Part shown: positions 38,251-51,019 of the stretch, one piece after another
How positions within the stretch are numbered: the first letter of the stretch is position 1
Layout: each line of letters starts with the position of its first letter
NCBI GenBank assembly: GCA_035084275.1
Contig: CM068745.1
Location: 11,532,001-11,596,000, forward strand
Reading direction: 5' to 3'
DNA length: 64,000 bases
Source: Hydrolagus colliei
Lineage: Eukaryota
Notes under the pieces: generated by a model
The model's database searches: none
The model's input: only the letters and a program-made list of their open reading frames with translations
Told to the model about the DNA's origin: nothing
Made by a program: the position numbers and the translations under genes

Positions 38251-39884
38251 CTTCATATTATAAAACAATGGAATCAGCTCAATGGGCTGTAGGGTTTACT
38301 CCTCATGTTCTTCTGGTCCAATAGCATTTTCTGAAAAAACTAGAATGACAGTTTTACTGCTTTTAATGTTGCAATTCTCCTTCAATCCTTAACACAGAAC
38401 AAACAGCTGATTTTATGTGGACTTTCTTTCAATTTCAACACTGAGTGAGCGGGTGCAGATTAGCACAACTCTAGACAATGCAAACGTTTTTGTATCAAAA
38501 AAAATGGAGAAGCAAATTCTAAGATTCCTAAGGACGTTCCTTAAAATATTTCAGGAATATGTTAAAGAACGCCCCTTAACAGGTGGGCCCCTTTCCTGGT
38601 AAGTGGTTTGTTTCATTTCTTACATAAGAAGAGAATTTCTCTTGGTGTCCCAGCCAATGATCCCCCAAATAAAATAGGTCATCCACTTCATGACTATCAG
38701 TGGGACATTGCTGTGGGCAAATTAGCTGCTGCCCACAAAACACAGTCACTGCACTTTACAGTAAAATCCTGTGAAGCACTTTGGGAGGTTCACACAACAT
38801 GAAAAGCACTATACCAAATGTAATGATTACTATTATTATTACCATTTAGATCTGACCATGAGGTGAACGGTACTATTTGGTATAGTTTAGGCCCTAGATC
38901 AAGAGTTTTTCAGCACCTTGGGATGTCCTCCCGAGGTGAAAGATGCCATACAAATGTAATTTTGTTGTTCTTTTTGTGGTTATTTCGAATTTCCCAACAT
39001 TTATTTACCATAGAAGGGACTAAATCCCCACTGTGTACTGCCCTACCATAGTACTTAGCCCACAAAATACACAGTATTTTACACTATAACCTGTGAAGCA
39101 TTTTGAGGCGGCTCAATGATCTGATACCGCGCCATATCAAATGCAGGGAGTATTATTACTATTATTACCGAGTAGAACAAAAATGAGGGCATAAAACTTC
39201 AAGAAGGTTGATGCAGAATGACAAGACCCTCATTGGATTTGAAAAGAAAATGCTTGACAATCACTTTACACTCAACAGCTTGCAAATTAACAGGCACTCA
39301 GTAATAGTATGCATCTGACAAAGAAATGTTTATGCACATTTCCTCCCTGAGGTAATCAGATACTGTAGAGGGAGGATTCATTTGTGTCTCCAGTGCTACG
39401 TTAACATTATAAAAATCCTAGGCAAAACTATTCATTCACACAATTGTCTCAAAATACTCCATGCAATCTTTCTCGGTGACTTTATCCCTGCTGTGTTTCT
39501 TGTGATGTGGAACTCCCTATGTGATATTACAGAAAAGAAATCATCTCAGGATTTCTGAAACGTGTACTTTCCAGCTGCCAAAGCCAATATGCGTAGCACT
39601 TTTAAAAGATGTGGCAGCCGGAATAGTTTTAAACAATTCCAACTATAATTGCTTGCTTCCGCAAACAAAAAATGTACAGTAATTAAGCAATTAAATGTAA
39701 ATTTAAAGTCCAAATGTACCACTGTGCTCAAGGAAGATCAAACACCGGGCAGTTAGCAAACTTACCCGAGGGACAATTACAGGCAGATCCCCATTACTCC
39801 AGGGCATTGCTGATCATAGAACAGCCAGCCTGGATCATCGGTAGGACCTGGGCAGTCACTGGGGTCAGGGTCTATTCTTACTCA

Positions 39885-41025
39885 ATAACAAGAACAACAG
39901 CAACTTGCATTTACACGCCGGGCGGCACCACAGAGCACTTCACAATGTGGGAGCCCCAGACTGAGCCCGGGGAGCATGAAGGTGACCATATGCGCGGTTG
40001 AAGAGATTAAGCCTTCAGGCGCAACAACAACAACGAAAACAACAAAATTGTACTTGTATAGCGCCTTTCACGTCGGGAGGACATCCCAAAGCACTGAACA
40101 ATCAGGTCGGGACCCAGCGGTGTGGGGGGGAGAGTCGGGGGAGGGGGAAGGAGAGGGAGAAGAGTTAGTGGGGGTCGAAGGTGCGGTCGAAGAGGACCGG
40201 CCTTGAAGGAAGAAAGGGAGGAGGCACGGCGGAGGGGCTGTGGGATGGAATTCCACAATGTGGGAGCAGAAAGCCCGGCCGATGATGGTTGGGCGGTTAG
40301 GGTGGTGGACACGGAGCAGGCCTGAATCTGCTGAACGGAGGGTGCGCACAGGCTGATAGGGAGACAGTAGTCAGAGAGATAGGCGGGGGCAAGGCCGTGA
40401 ATGGCCTTGAAAGTGAGGACGAGGATCTTGAATTCGATCCTCTGGGGGATGGGGAGCCAGTGGACATGGGTGAGGGTGGGAGTGAAGTGGTCGCGAAGCC
40501 TGGCACGGGAGAGTATACAAGCTACAGAATTCTGAATGATCTGCAGCCTGTGAAGGGAGGAGCTGGGAAGGCCAATAAGGAGAGAGTTCCCGCAGTCGAG
40601 CCTGGAAGTGATAAAGGTGTGGATGAGAGTTTCGGCGGCGTGGAGGATGAGATAGTGGCAGAAGTGACCTGATGTTAGGAAAGGAGGGGAAGAGGTTGAG
40701 GGAAAGAGTTCCAAAGTTTTGGGGCGTAGTGACTGAAAACACGGCCGCTGATGGTGGAGCAGAGGATTCGGGGTACGAGGAGGAGGCTGGAACCAGTAGA
40801 ACAGAGGCAGCAGGTACGGCTGTGAGGAGAGTGGAGGTTAGCACCTTGGACGTCCTCCCGACATAAAAGGCTCGCTATAACTGTAATTTTGTTATTGCTG
40901 TTGTTAGAGAGGTAGGGGGTTGCTGAGGACTAGAGGGACTTAAACGCTAGAGTGAGGATCTTGAAGTCAATCGACTCTGTGACCAGGAGAAATTGGGATT
41001 TGGCAAGGACCTGGGTAATCAGGGT
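39885..41025 (-). mobile_element. Nested L2 cluster (host L2 plus inserts at ~40023-40666 minus and ~40840-40905 plus)
   Basis: ORF 40007-40714 contains [25 protein letters not shown]...LQIIQNS...[31 protein letters not shown] (L2 ORF2 C-terminus). Confidence 0.92.
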
Positions 41026-41029
41026 AACA

Positions 41030-41360
41030 ATAATAGTAATCCTTGCATTTGATACAGCGCTTTTATCACATCTTCTAGACATCTCAAAGCGCTTCACAGA
41101 ATATACAGTGCTGTAAAGGGAATGGACTGTCTATTTGTGGCCGAAACGCAGCAGTCAATTGCGCACAGCAGTGTACCACAAACAGTCATGGATTGAAATG
41201 ACCAATTTATTGTTTTCATACGATTCCTAATAGCCTGCCAGTCAAAGCCCTAATTGATAGGATGGTCCTGGCTGGATAAGCATCAGAAAGCTTGCCAGAC
41301 AGTGCTTTCAATGGTAAGCTATGTGGTTTAGCTGATTAGACTTCAGCTAAACCAGTACGC
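41030..41360 (-). mobile_element. SINE 3' module fused to the unidentified repeat module (copy 3 of 4)
   Basis: Standard SINE tail at 41030-41215 joined to a non-tRNA segment that matches 63820-63890. Confidence 0.75.
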
Positions 41361-41859
41361 AACACACACTCTGGGGGCTCAAAGCCTTGGCTCCAGACAA
41401 CCTGAGTCTAATACTGTACTATCTGGAATTAAGTGAATGGGTTACATCACTCCAGGGAGACAGTGCACATTCCACGAATAGGTGGGATGCATGGAATTCT
41501 CAGGTGGTTTGGATACCCTTAATCATGGTGATGTGTCAGGCACCCAGGTGACCAAAATAAATTGCTTTCAATTGGATAATTACTTTTTCATGTGTAATTA
41601 GATGCAGAGGTAAGGCCAGATCACGAGGAGGGCTTCTCAATTTCATATTTAGTTTGTTCATGTTTAGTTTTTGGGGGCAATTTTAGACGGTTTACAAATT
41701 GAGGTTTTTCAGGGCTTTTGTTACTGTAGAGAGTAGATTTGCCGTTGCACATCGAGGCAAGAGAGATAGCCTTGCACAGTGCCTCCCTCCTTTCAAACAC
41801 TCCACGCCTGTGCAGGAAAGCAGTGAACAATAAATGGGCAATTGACACACAAGGCCTCC

Positions 41860-41862
<3 letters not shown>

Positions 41863-41893
<31 letters not shown>
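41863..41893. repeat. (GA)n microsatellite
   Basis: About 15 GA units. Confidence 0.95.
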
Positions 41894-41897
<4 letters not shown>

Positions 41898-42231
41898 CCT
41901 CACCTCACAGTTACTTTAGGTCAATTCACTTTACAGAATATTCCGTGAGGCACTTTGGGACATGTTAAAGACATGATGAGGCGCTATATCAAATTCAGGA
42001 TTCTTATTATTCAAAGATAAATAAATAGACATGTCAAAGCCAAATTTTGTTCTATTCTCACCGTCTATCTTCTTTGCTCTCTCCAATCTAATGTGAATAT
42101 GTTTATTCTAAGCTTAAAGGTCATATCTCTGAATAAATGCTCCATGCTTCAAATGCTTTGAAACTCCATGTTTCAAAGCGTTTCACATCATACATTGAAA
42201 AGTGGAGTCACTCCATCTTTTGTGGGTAAAG

Positions 42232-42340
42232 CTAGATATATACTGAGGAGAAGGGAATACAAGGCTATGGAAAGGAATGGCTGGAGAATAATTTGGAATA
42301 AAAATACCGGCACAGACAAGTTGGGCCAAATGGCCTCCAC
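42232..42340 (+). mobile_element. CR1 3' end remnant
   Basis: ccggcacagacaagttgggccaaatggcctcc matches the CR1 3' UTR at 8770-8800. Confidence 0.65.
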
Positions 42341-43529
42341 CATACATTCCATGTGCACCTATTTAAATCCAGCTTCACAGAGTAATTTGAAGTGCAGTGA
42401 TACACTTGATTAAATTGACTTTTTTTTAGATTTTCATTTGTTAATTTATTAGTGGTACTTTAAAAAAAGATGCCATATAGAAATGGAATTGAATTACAAT
42501 ATTAAAAATGGCTGTTGATTTGTGACTAAATAATACCCAATTCTATGTATCTGATGTTGTAATATAATGGATGTAGACTTAAAGCTAATTTTAGCTTCCC
42601 AGACATTTATGTCCATTTATCATTGTGTGTCATACATTCGATGTTATTATCCTGACGTAACTGAGTTATCAAGTACACATTGCAGATATTTGATGCAAGA
42701 TTTTATAACACACTTATTTGAATGGTTGCTTGTTTTAGGATTAATATCCTAAGAGAAAATTCCATCATGCATTGATTAAATTATCCTGGCTATTTTTGAA
42801 CTGTGGTGCCTCCACTTTAGTGCACCCACTTCCTTCCATTACCGGTGAACCAATGACCGAGGCTTACTGCATTTTGCAGCATATATCACTAGTTAGCTGC
42901 CTGAAGTGCTTTAGCTGTTTTTTTTGAACAAACTGAGTCCTGAATCTCTGCCAGAAGAGCCATTAGCTGTGATTGAAGGTGAACCAGTCAAGATTAAGTC
43001 CTAACACAAAGGTAAAGAGTAGCATCATTCTTATCCCGAAGACATCAACCACTGTGACTGATGGGCGAGAGGCTGAGTCAGTGGAGGAGAAAATTGTTGC
43101 AAAAACTCAACCTAAAACTGAAGCCAATTAATTGATAGTGCAAACGCATGTCAGATCCTACAACTGGTAATATTTTATTTGCAACTAGTCTGTCAGGACA
43201 AAAGCTACAAACCGTCATTTATTCGGTAAAAGACACTTTATTTGTGTTTGCCTGAAAGCACACAACAGAAAAATCCTCCTCCACAACTGTCTTTTACTAA
43301 TAGATCTATTTTGATGAAATATTATGACACATAAATTGAGGATAAACAATGGAGCCTAGAAAACCATCTACACTGTTCTTCCTTGAATCCAATAAACTGT
43401 ATTACACTACTTTGAATAACATCTCAGAAATTTTACAAACTATTTACATGGGCTTTACCCACAATTGTCATGTGTATCCGTAAATAAGTGAACTATTTTA
43501 AATAGTAATCCATGCATTTGATGTACAAT

Positions 43530-44100
43530 GCAGTTTACATTTATGCAACACCTTTCATATTGGGAGGACGTCCCAAAGCGCTTTATACACCCAAATCCAG
43601 GGAGAGTGGGAAGCGAATGGTAGGGGTTGGGGAAGAATGATAACTGAAAGCATGATCAAAGAGGTAAGCGTTAAGATGGGCCTTCAAAGTGGGGAGTGAG
43701 GGGTGAGTCTCGAAGCACTTCACAGAATATATTGCAAAGTGAATTCACTGTATATTTTGTGTATGAAGTACGGCAGGCAATTGCCCACAGCAGTGTCCCA
43801 CAAACAGTCGTAGATTAAAATTACCAATTTTTTTTCCTTGAAGGAATTATTATCCCCAGAAAAGCTATCCACCGATCGACCAACAATAGTAACAACAACT
43901 TGCATTTACATAGGACCCTCCACGCAGGGGAGCTTCTAAGGGCTCTTGAGTAGGATCAAAGTAGGAACAATTGGGTTCCTACTTACTGCTAGGTAAACAG
44001 AGGCGTGTGGAATAAGGAAACTTGCCCAGCATTTCACCCTGCTGTGGATCGAACCCAGTCTCTCGCTTGTAAGGCTCTAACTACTGAGCTACAGGATTCC
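43530..44100 (-). mobile_element. L2 tail fragment plus long-form CORE-like SINE (43712-44100) interrupted by an L2 tail (~43887-43966)
   Basis: SINE head actactgagctacaggattcc (reverse complement); insert flanked by AACAA on both sides. Confidence 0.8.
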
Positions 44101-45319
44101 AGAAAGGCTGAACCCTTCCTCCCCACCTGTGAAGCTGCGATGGTAGGGTTGCCAGAGGTTGGGTGAAGTGAAACCTTGGAAGGATTTAAATCTGATTTAA
44201 ATCTAATTTTAATTTTATTTAAATTTAATCTAAATCTGACATAGATTTAAATTTTTCTCAATACCAAACTTGGAAATTGTACTCCACCGTATATTTAAAG
44301 TAAATCAGTTTTAGGCATATCACAAAACTCGTCTTGATCTGTAATACCAAGTGCAAGCAAATAATGCTTCCAGTCGTTTCAAAGCAACAATTTATATTTA
44401 TATGGCACCTTTCAGACCCCAGAGTGCAACCAGTGAGAGCTATATTGCAGTCAGCGCCCTCTTGTTATTCTATCACTGTCTTATTGTCTGGCCTCATCGT
44501 GATATTTCAACAATGAGACATGACAGTGAGATAGGAAGAATAAATTCGCATCAGCAAAACCTTTGTCTAAGGATATTGTGTTGATAGAGCTTCCAGTCAC
44601 ATTTCTGTTCTCCTTTTACAGATGGACTCTGCAGTACAGTACTTTTGTAGACATTTCAGAATCTCTGAACAATAAAGAAATTAACAGAGGGTTGAACAGG
44701 GCACACTGATACATGCATTCATGCATCTTAAAGGAATAAAATTGTTGGAAAGAATACAAAATTACCACTTACCAACCTGCATTTGTTTGATCCTGATATG
44801 AATTAAAAACAGCACCAGGCTTAACTTTAGAAGAAGATTTTAACTGCATATTTACCTCGGAATACCTGCTACTGTACTGCTGTTTAAAGATGAATGTGTG
44901 ATCTACATGTAGCTTAACATTGCGAGAAAAGCACTGCAGCTGATATGCTGAAGATCTTCATTCATTAAACGCCCAGCTAAAGACTGGCAATTTACTGTAA
45001 TGGTTAAAAATAAGTCATTTTCAACTCCAGTTTTCAGATGTTTTGGGCATGTAAAATTTGTTTCGGGCATGTAAAATTGCTTTTGTCGAGCAAGTTTAAA
45101 TTAATGACTAGTAACTTTATAAGTTAGCTCATACCCCCATTAACCCTTTCACCACTGATAGCCTGGCCAATATTTTTGTCCCCTTGATCCTGGTTTATCT
45201 GCCCAATCTTATTTTAGGATGGTGAGACACCCACCCCCTCCTTTCCTACAAGCTTTCGAAATTTGTCAATAGAAGTCATGGAAACTACCCCTCCAAATCC
45301 ATTAGCAAATATTACAAAA

Positions 45320-45720
45320 GTACTGTATTTGGACGTTTAGGAAGCTATTTGATCAAATCAGTAACGGAGACTTTTAAATAAGATTATATCTCATAGAGTG
45401 AAAGGGTAAATGAACTAGCTGGATTTGTAAACTGTCGTAATGTGAGAAAACAGAAGTTGATGATGATGAATGGACAAGCCTTTGCCTGGAGGGTCAGTTG
45501 TGAGTGGACAGCTACAATGTTCTAAAACAGGTGAATCTAATAACATTCTGAAAGGGTTTCAGGATCAATAGTGAAAAATTATTCCCCCTAGCTGTAAAAT
45601 TGACATCGGCATGAACTCAGGATTCTCAATGGGAAACTTATTAGAACTTAGATTGCTTTCCCTTAAGTTGGTATTGAAGCTAAGACCATATCAATCTTAT
45701 TAGTGGAATTAGATAAAATA
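45320..45720 (+). mobile_element. Very old CR1 RT fragments
   Basis: tatttggacgtttaggaagctatttgatc (YLDFxKAFD-like); gagaaaacagaagtt; gaattagataaat. Confidence 0.55.
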
Positions 45721-45769
45721 ATCCTTGCATTTTATTAATAATCCTTACAAATCAAAGTTGTTGTTGTTG

Positions 45770-46050
45770 TTGAAGTGAACGATCAGTTTTATCTGCGGAT
45801 GTTGGCCTGTAGACTGAGAGAAATTCCTTTCTCTTTTCAAATAGTGTCATGGGATCTTTAACATATCCACCAGAACTGGGGCAGATGGGACCACATCTCA
45901 TCTGGAGAACAACAGCCCAGTGAATGCAAAGCTGAGCCAGGAGTGCAATGGTGCGTGATCCAAGACTGTGAGCTTAAAGCCACCACATGAACTTGAACAA
46001 ATACCTTTTAACTCAAAGGGGAATGGCTACCAGCTGAGCCTGTCTGACAC
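45770..46050 (-). mobile_element. Deu-domain SINE
   Basis: caaatagtgtcatgggatctttaacatatccacc; ccagctgagcc head (reverse complement). Confidence 0.65.
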
Positions 46051-48454
46051 CTAAATATTTAAAGAGTAACGATGTACGTAGTTGGTGGGTGAGAGAGCAG
46101 GGAGTGGATAGCACCTAAAAGATGTTCAAATTCACTTGTCTTAAGGTTAAATCGCTCTGGTAGTTCTTCACATTGTAAAAAGAACAGCAAGAAATCACTT
46201 GCATTTTTATTGCACTTCTTATCTTGTCAAAATGCTTCATTGATTTCATGGGTAATTGAAGGTGCAGTCAAGTGCAGTCATTCTTTAACTCTCACAGCAA
46301 ATACTTACAGCAGCAGGTTTTTTTTCTTCCCATGGAAAAACCACTAGCTCTCACTTCTCTACCAGCCATTGCTCAGCAGACATGAACAACATCAACAAGT
46401 AAATGGCTCCACTGGAGATCTTTGGAAACTGATCCAAACCTATCTGAGCTGGTAGAATTTAGCACCGACAGTACTACAAGATGTGCAATTTTGTTTACTT
46501 TTTTTTAAGCTTAGATTGAATTCCAATCAAACTGGATTTGATGGGTTAATTTCGACAAATACAGTTAAAGTTTACAAATATTAGAGGCACAAATAAAAGC
46601 CAGGGTATTTGATTTCAGAATATATGAAGGAGGGAGATTTGCTTCCAAATAACTCCCAGATAAAATTGGTCATTCACTTCATCGGTGTCTATGGGACATT
46701 GCTAAGTATACATAGACTGCCATAAAATGCAGGGTCACTATATTTTACAGTAAAAATTCTGAGACGCTCTATGAGATGCTTCAACAAGATGATAAGGCAC
46801 TGCATTAAATGAAAGGAATATTATGTACATTTTCATCACCTAATGTTGTACTGTAAAATCAGAAACAAACTCATAGCTTGCTTTCTAAGCTGTGGATATT
46901 TCCATTATGAAATACTGTATAAGTGGAAAGCCACAGCGAGATCTCTAGAGAAAAGAAATGATGACGGCAAGGGAATGCAGTCACACATCTCCAGAGACAT
47001 GGACACAAGAGACATGGACACATACTGTCAGAGAACACAGATGGATCCTCCTCCAATTCCTTCCATGGTAATGGTAAAATGCCACCTCATGCAAATAACC
47101 CATTAATTGCCTAATAATCAGATCCAGGATATTAAATGCTTCACTGCACTGCGACATTGCAATATACTTTTCAACTGGTGGGGAGAGGGGGAAATATCTC
47201 TTATGTATTTTAAGCTACATTTTAGATACAAAATTGATCTGCTAACCACTAAAGGAGTAGAAAAAGCTGCAGCAAATTAGATGTCAAATTAGACAACAAC
47301 AAAATTGCACTTGTATAGCGCCTTTCATGTCAGGAGGACGTCCCAAGGACAGTGATATTAAGTGATTACTTTTAAGAAATTTCCTTTAGAAATTACATAA
47401 ATATTTTTTGTTTTCATGTGAAATTACAAACTCATAGTATACCAATCGAGCATCCAGAAAATTATTCCAATTCAGTCACTGAAGGTGTAAAATGACCTTT
47501 GAAAATGTGTCACCTTCAGTATGATCATGGAGCCTCTTAGATAAGTATTTTAAGTCTTACATTCTTACTTTGATAAACCTATATGTCACAGCAATTGGGA
47601 TTTTTTTGTTCCTGAGATCTTGAACTTCACTATTAGCTATATGTACATTTAAACCAAGTGCTGTATGTGATTGACTTTACCTTGTCCTAACAATGATAAT
47701 CCAGAAGCACGTCCATTAATAACTGCAGCAGAAATCAAGAAAGATAAATCCTGGTGGATTGTACTCTATCCATGACGCACTTGTTGATGTGGGCTTAAAC
47801 ATTCCTAACATGTTCCATTCAGTAAGTTTAATGAATTTGCCATAATGCGCTCATCCCATGTCAATACGTTCACTCTTCGGAGACACACAGAGCAAAAATG
47901 CCACTGAGCCTAAGTATTTTGTACAGGAGATTTAGCGTATTTTGACATTACTTTCTCAATAATTTAGCACCTTTCAAATTGGGGTCACAAAGCATTTTCC
48001 GGGAGTGTCAAGTAGTATTTTTCTCAAAAAATAGATGATGAAGTCATCATCAACTTCTGTCTGCCTGCCAGTTAGTCAAAGATACCAATCACATTTTTCT
48101 TTGTCTTTTTTCCACCAGCAGCAATTAATGCCCTGAATGGCATAGCTTCTGTTGGAATGAGAGAGGAAATAGTTGAGGCTCTGGTTAATTTGTTAGCAGC
48201 TGTGTAAACGCTGGCAACTGAGGACTGAAGAATAGTGACTGCCCCATTATTCAAAAACAGAGTGAACGTTGAAATTAGAGACCAGTTCACTAAGCAAATT
48301 CAGTTGAAAATACATGAGAGTATTTTACGTGGTAGGATTAATGTTCATTTGAGGTCAGAAATTCATCTGTTGGCTGCTATGATTTAGCTAACACTAACAA
48401 AATCATAATTCTCGCTATAAGGAAATAATGACAAATCACACAGCTTGATTGAAC

Positions 48455-48762
48455 ACTCATCCTTGCATTTGATATAACACCTTTCAAGACCTCTAGACAT
48501 CACAAAGCACTGCACAGAATATACTGTAAAGTGAATTGGCTGTATATTTTGTGGGGGAAACGCGACAGCCAATTGTGTACAACAGTGTCCCACAAATGGA
48601 TTGAAGTGACCAATTTATTATCTATATTTTTTCTTGAGGTATTACGTATTATTAAGCATGTGGAGTAAGGAAACTTGCCCAAGGATTCGACCTGCTGGGA
48701 ATCGAACGCAGGTCCTCTCATTTGAGAGGCAAGTGCTTTAACCACTGAGCTACAGGACTTCA
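48455..48762 (-). mobile_element. CORE-like SINE, full-length short form
   Basis: gggaatcgaac...taaccactgagctacaggacttc head; aaacttgcccaagg; tail. Confidence 0.88.
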
Positions 48763-50204
48763 CATTTATTTCAGTATTGGCACTGAGTTACTGACATGAT
48801 TGGCATTGCATCTCAAGAAGGCAAGTATCCCGCTGGCTTGAATCCATAAGCATCCAGAGTCCGATCAAAATGTCATCTAAAATTAAATAACTTTAGAAAT
48901 GATTTCCGTTACACAGATTAGATATATGTTGATCATAAATCTCAAATGGCATTCATGCCCAATCTCACCAGAAAGGCGACTGACCACTATTAACTAGGCA
49001 ATAAACACATTAAAAAATGTAATTTCCAATTGGTTTGCAAACATATTGTAATCATAGAATTCCACCTTGTGAAAAGCCTTGTTCACAATGCCCACCTTGT
49101 GAAAAGCCTGGGCATTGTGAAATAGAAATCTTAATATCAATTGAAATCACAAATAATGGGAAATTGTTATACTCATGCATATCCAATGTAGGAGTAGTGA
49201 AGTAATAAGTAGTGTTAACTAACACAGAACCTGGTGTTAATCGATTATCACTATGTACTCTGAATAAAAGACAAGAATGGTTATCCTTAAACTTCCCACT
49301 GAGGTTCCTCAGAGTTAGCAATTTAACACAAGAGGAAATCTATACACAACAGGCAGCGAAATACAAAGTCACTGAAGCACAGATAACAGGCTCTGTATCA
49401 GTGGGGGATAAATGCCAATCGCAGAATATCTTCCTGAATGAATATTTGACATTTTAGAATCTCAATATTGTGGTAGAGATCAACTCACTTGGAGAAAAAA
49501 AACGAGTGTTACAAATTGCATGAAGTGAAGAAAGAATTTCCTTCCGTGGATTAACACTAGCGAACAGTTTTGAACAATAATATTCCTTGTATTTAATATA
49601 GTCTTTATCACGACATCATAGTGTTTCACAGGAGAGGGCAGTAACGGTAGGCGAATATGGAAACCAATTTGTGAACAGTAGTGTTATATTTAAACAACCA
49701 TGAAGTGAATGGAAAATTTTATTTGGATGATTGTTGGCTAGGACATGGTGAGAAATTCCTCTTTTCAAATAGTGTCACAAAATCTTTATGCAAAGACTAT
49801 TACAATTGGTGTTTCCTTTATAAGAAAATGGTCAGAGAGCAGTTACTTGTTGCTGTGTTGGATCCTGTCCCCTTCATTTGAAATTAAAACCAACAGTCAG
49901 TCAACATCTTATAGAAGAAGTACGTAGAGGATGTCCAGAGGCAAGACAGAGTCAATCCAACAAACCTGCGACCCAAGTAACTCAAGAAAGTAATGTTTAA
50001 AGAACCTAAAATTTATGTAACTGTTTACGATCAACTAACGTTTGTACCAAAAGTTTGGCAAAACATTAGTATACAAAAGCACTTTTGTACTCAAAATTAT
50101 TTAGAAGATTTTTAATACAGTATTTTCTTTTCATTTTTAAAAACAACTTTCCCCCATCACCAGAAGTTTTGGTGATTACCTTGAATAATCAGTGTCTGTG
50201 TTGC

Positions 50205-50224
50205 TGTTGCCCCCTGCTGGGTGC
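50205..50224 (-). promoter_or_regulatory. Putative CTCF core motif
   Basis: Minus strand reads CCCAGCAGGGGGCA, matching the CTCF core CCASYAGRKGGCR; motif match only. Confidence 0.35.
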
Positions 50225-51019
50225 ACAGAGCTAGGAGGGCTTATGTGGTGAGGAAGGAAAGCAAGCACCTATCTTGAGGAAGCCTCCACATTAGTGTAAT
50301 AATTTTCATTGTTGAGTCAAAATATTTTTCTGATTTTGACACATGAAGTACTCAGGGTTCAGTTTGCAGAATACGAAAGACCAGAGTAAACCCAATAGGA
50401 GGAGGCAGCTGTATACAGGTAGACTCCGCTTAACGTCATAGTTTGGTTCTTAACAAGTGCGGCTTTAAGCAAAAAGACGTTAAGTGAATACATTTTTCCC
50501 ATAAGAATGAATGTGAAAACTGGAGTTAGGTGGATATCAAGGATTACAAAATAAACTTCTAATGAGGTTTGTACATGCATAAAAATAAGACACCATATAC
50601 ATGTAATACCAAGATAATGTCATCAAAATGTTTTGCATGTAAACAGGATCTCATTTACTTCAGGCACCCAGAAGGCAACGTAAAAGTGGCAGAGACTCGG
50701 AATGTGGCAGGCCTCCAATTGTCCAGCCGTTGTAAATTTTCCAGAAGCCACAATACATAAAAGTGTCATTAATTTCTTTCCTCTGTCACAATGGCTGGGC
50801 ACATCGTTAACTGCACATCTGGCTTGTGGGATTTTTAAAATTGTGTTTAGCTGCTCAGTGTCAATCCAAAGCTGTGATCCAAAGCTTGAAGCCCAATGGA
50901 TGGAAACGACTGGCTTCAGATAACAAAAACATTGTGTTTGATAGGGGAGGGAGGGTGGAGGGCTCACACCCACAGACCAGTTGGTGGCTTCAGTTATCGA
51001 TGAGTCACATTCTTCTACC

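Noticed and set aside
42950-43230. Purine-rich, coding-looking stretch (…TVTDGREAESVEEKIVAKTQPKTEANLID…)
   Set aside because: In-frame stops upstream, weak acceptor, no recognisable homology.
45040-47025. Short tandem duplications (21 bp at ~45040; 15 bp at ~46994)
   Set aside because: Ordinary slippage-type duplications with no further structure.
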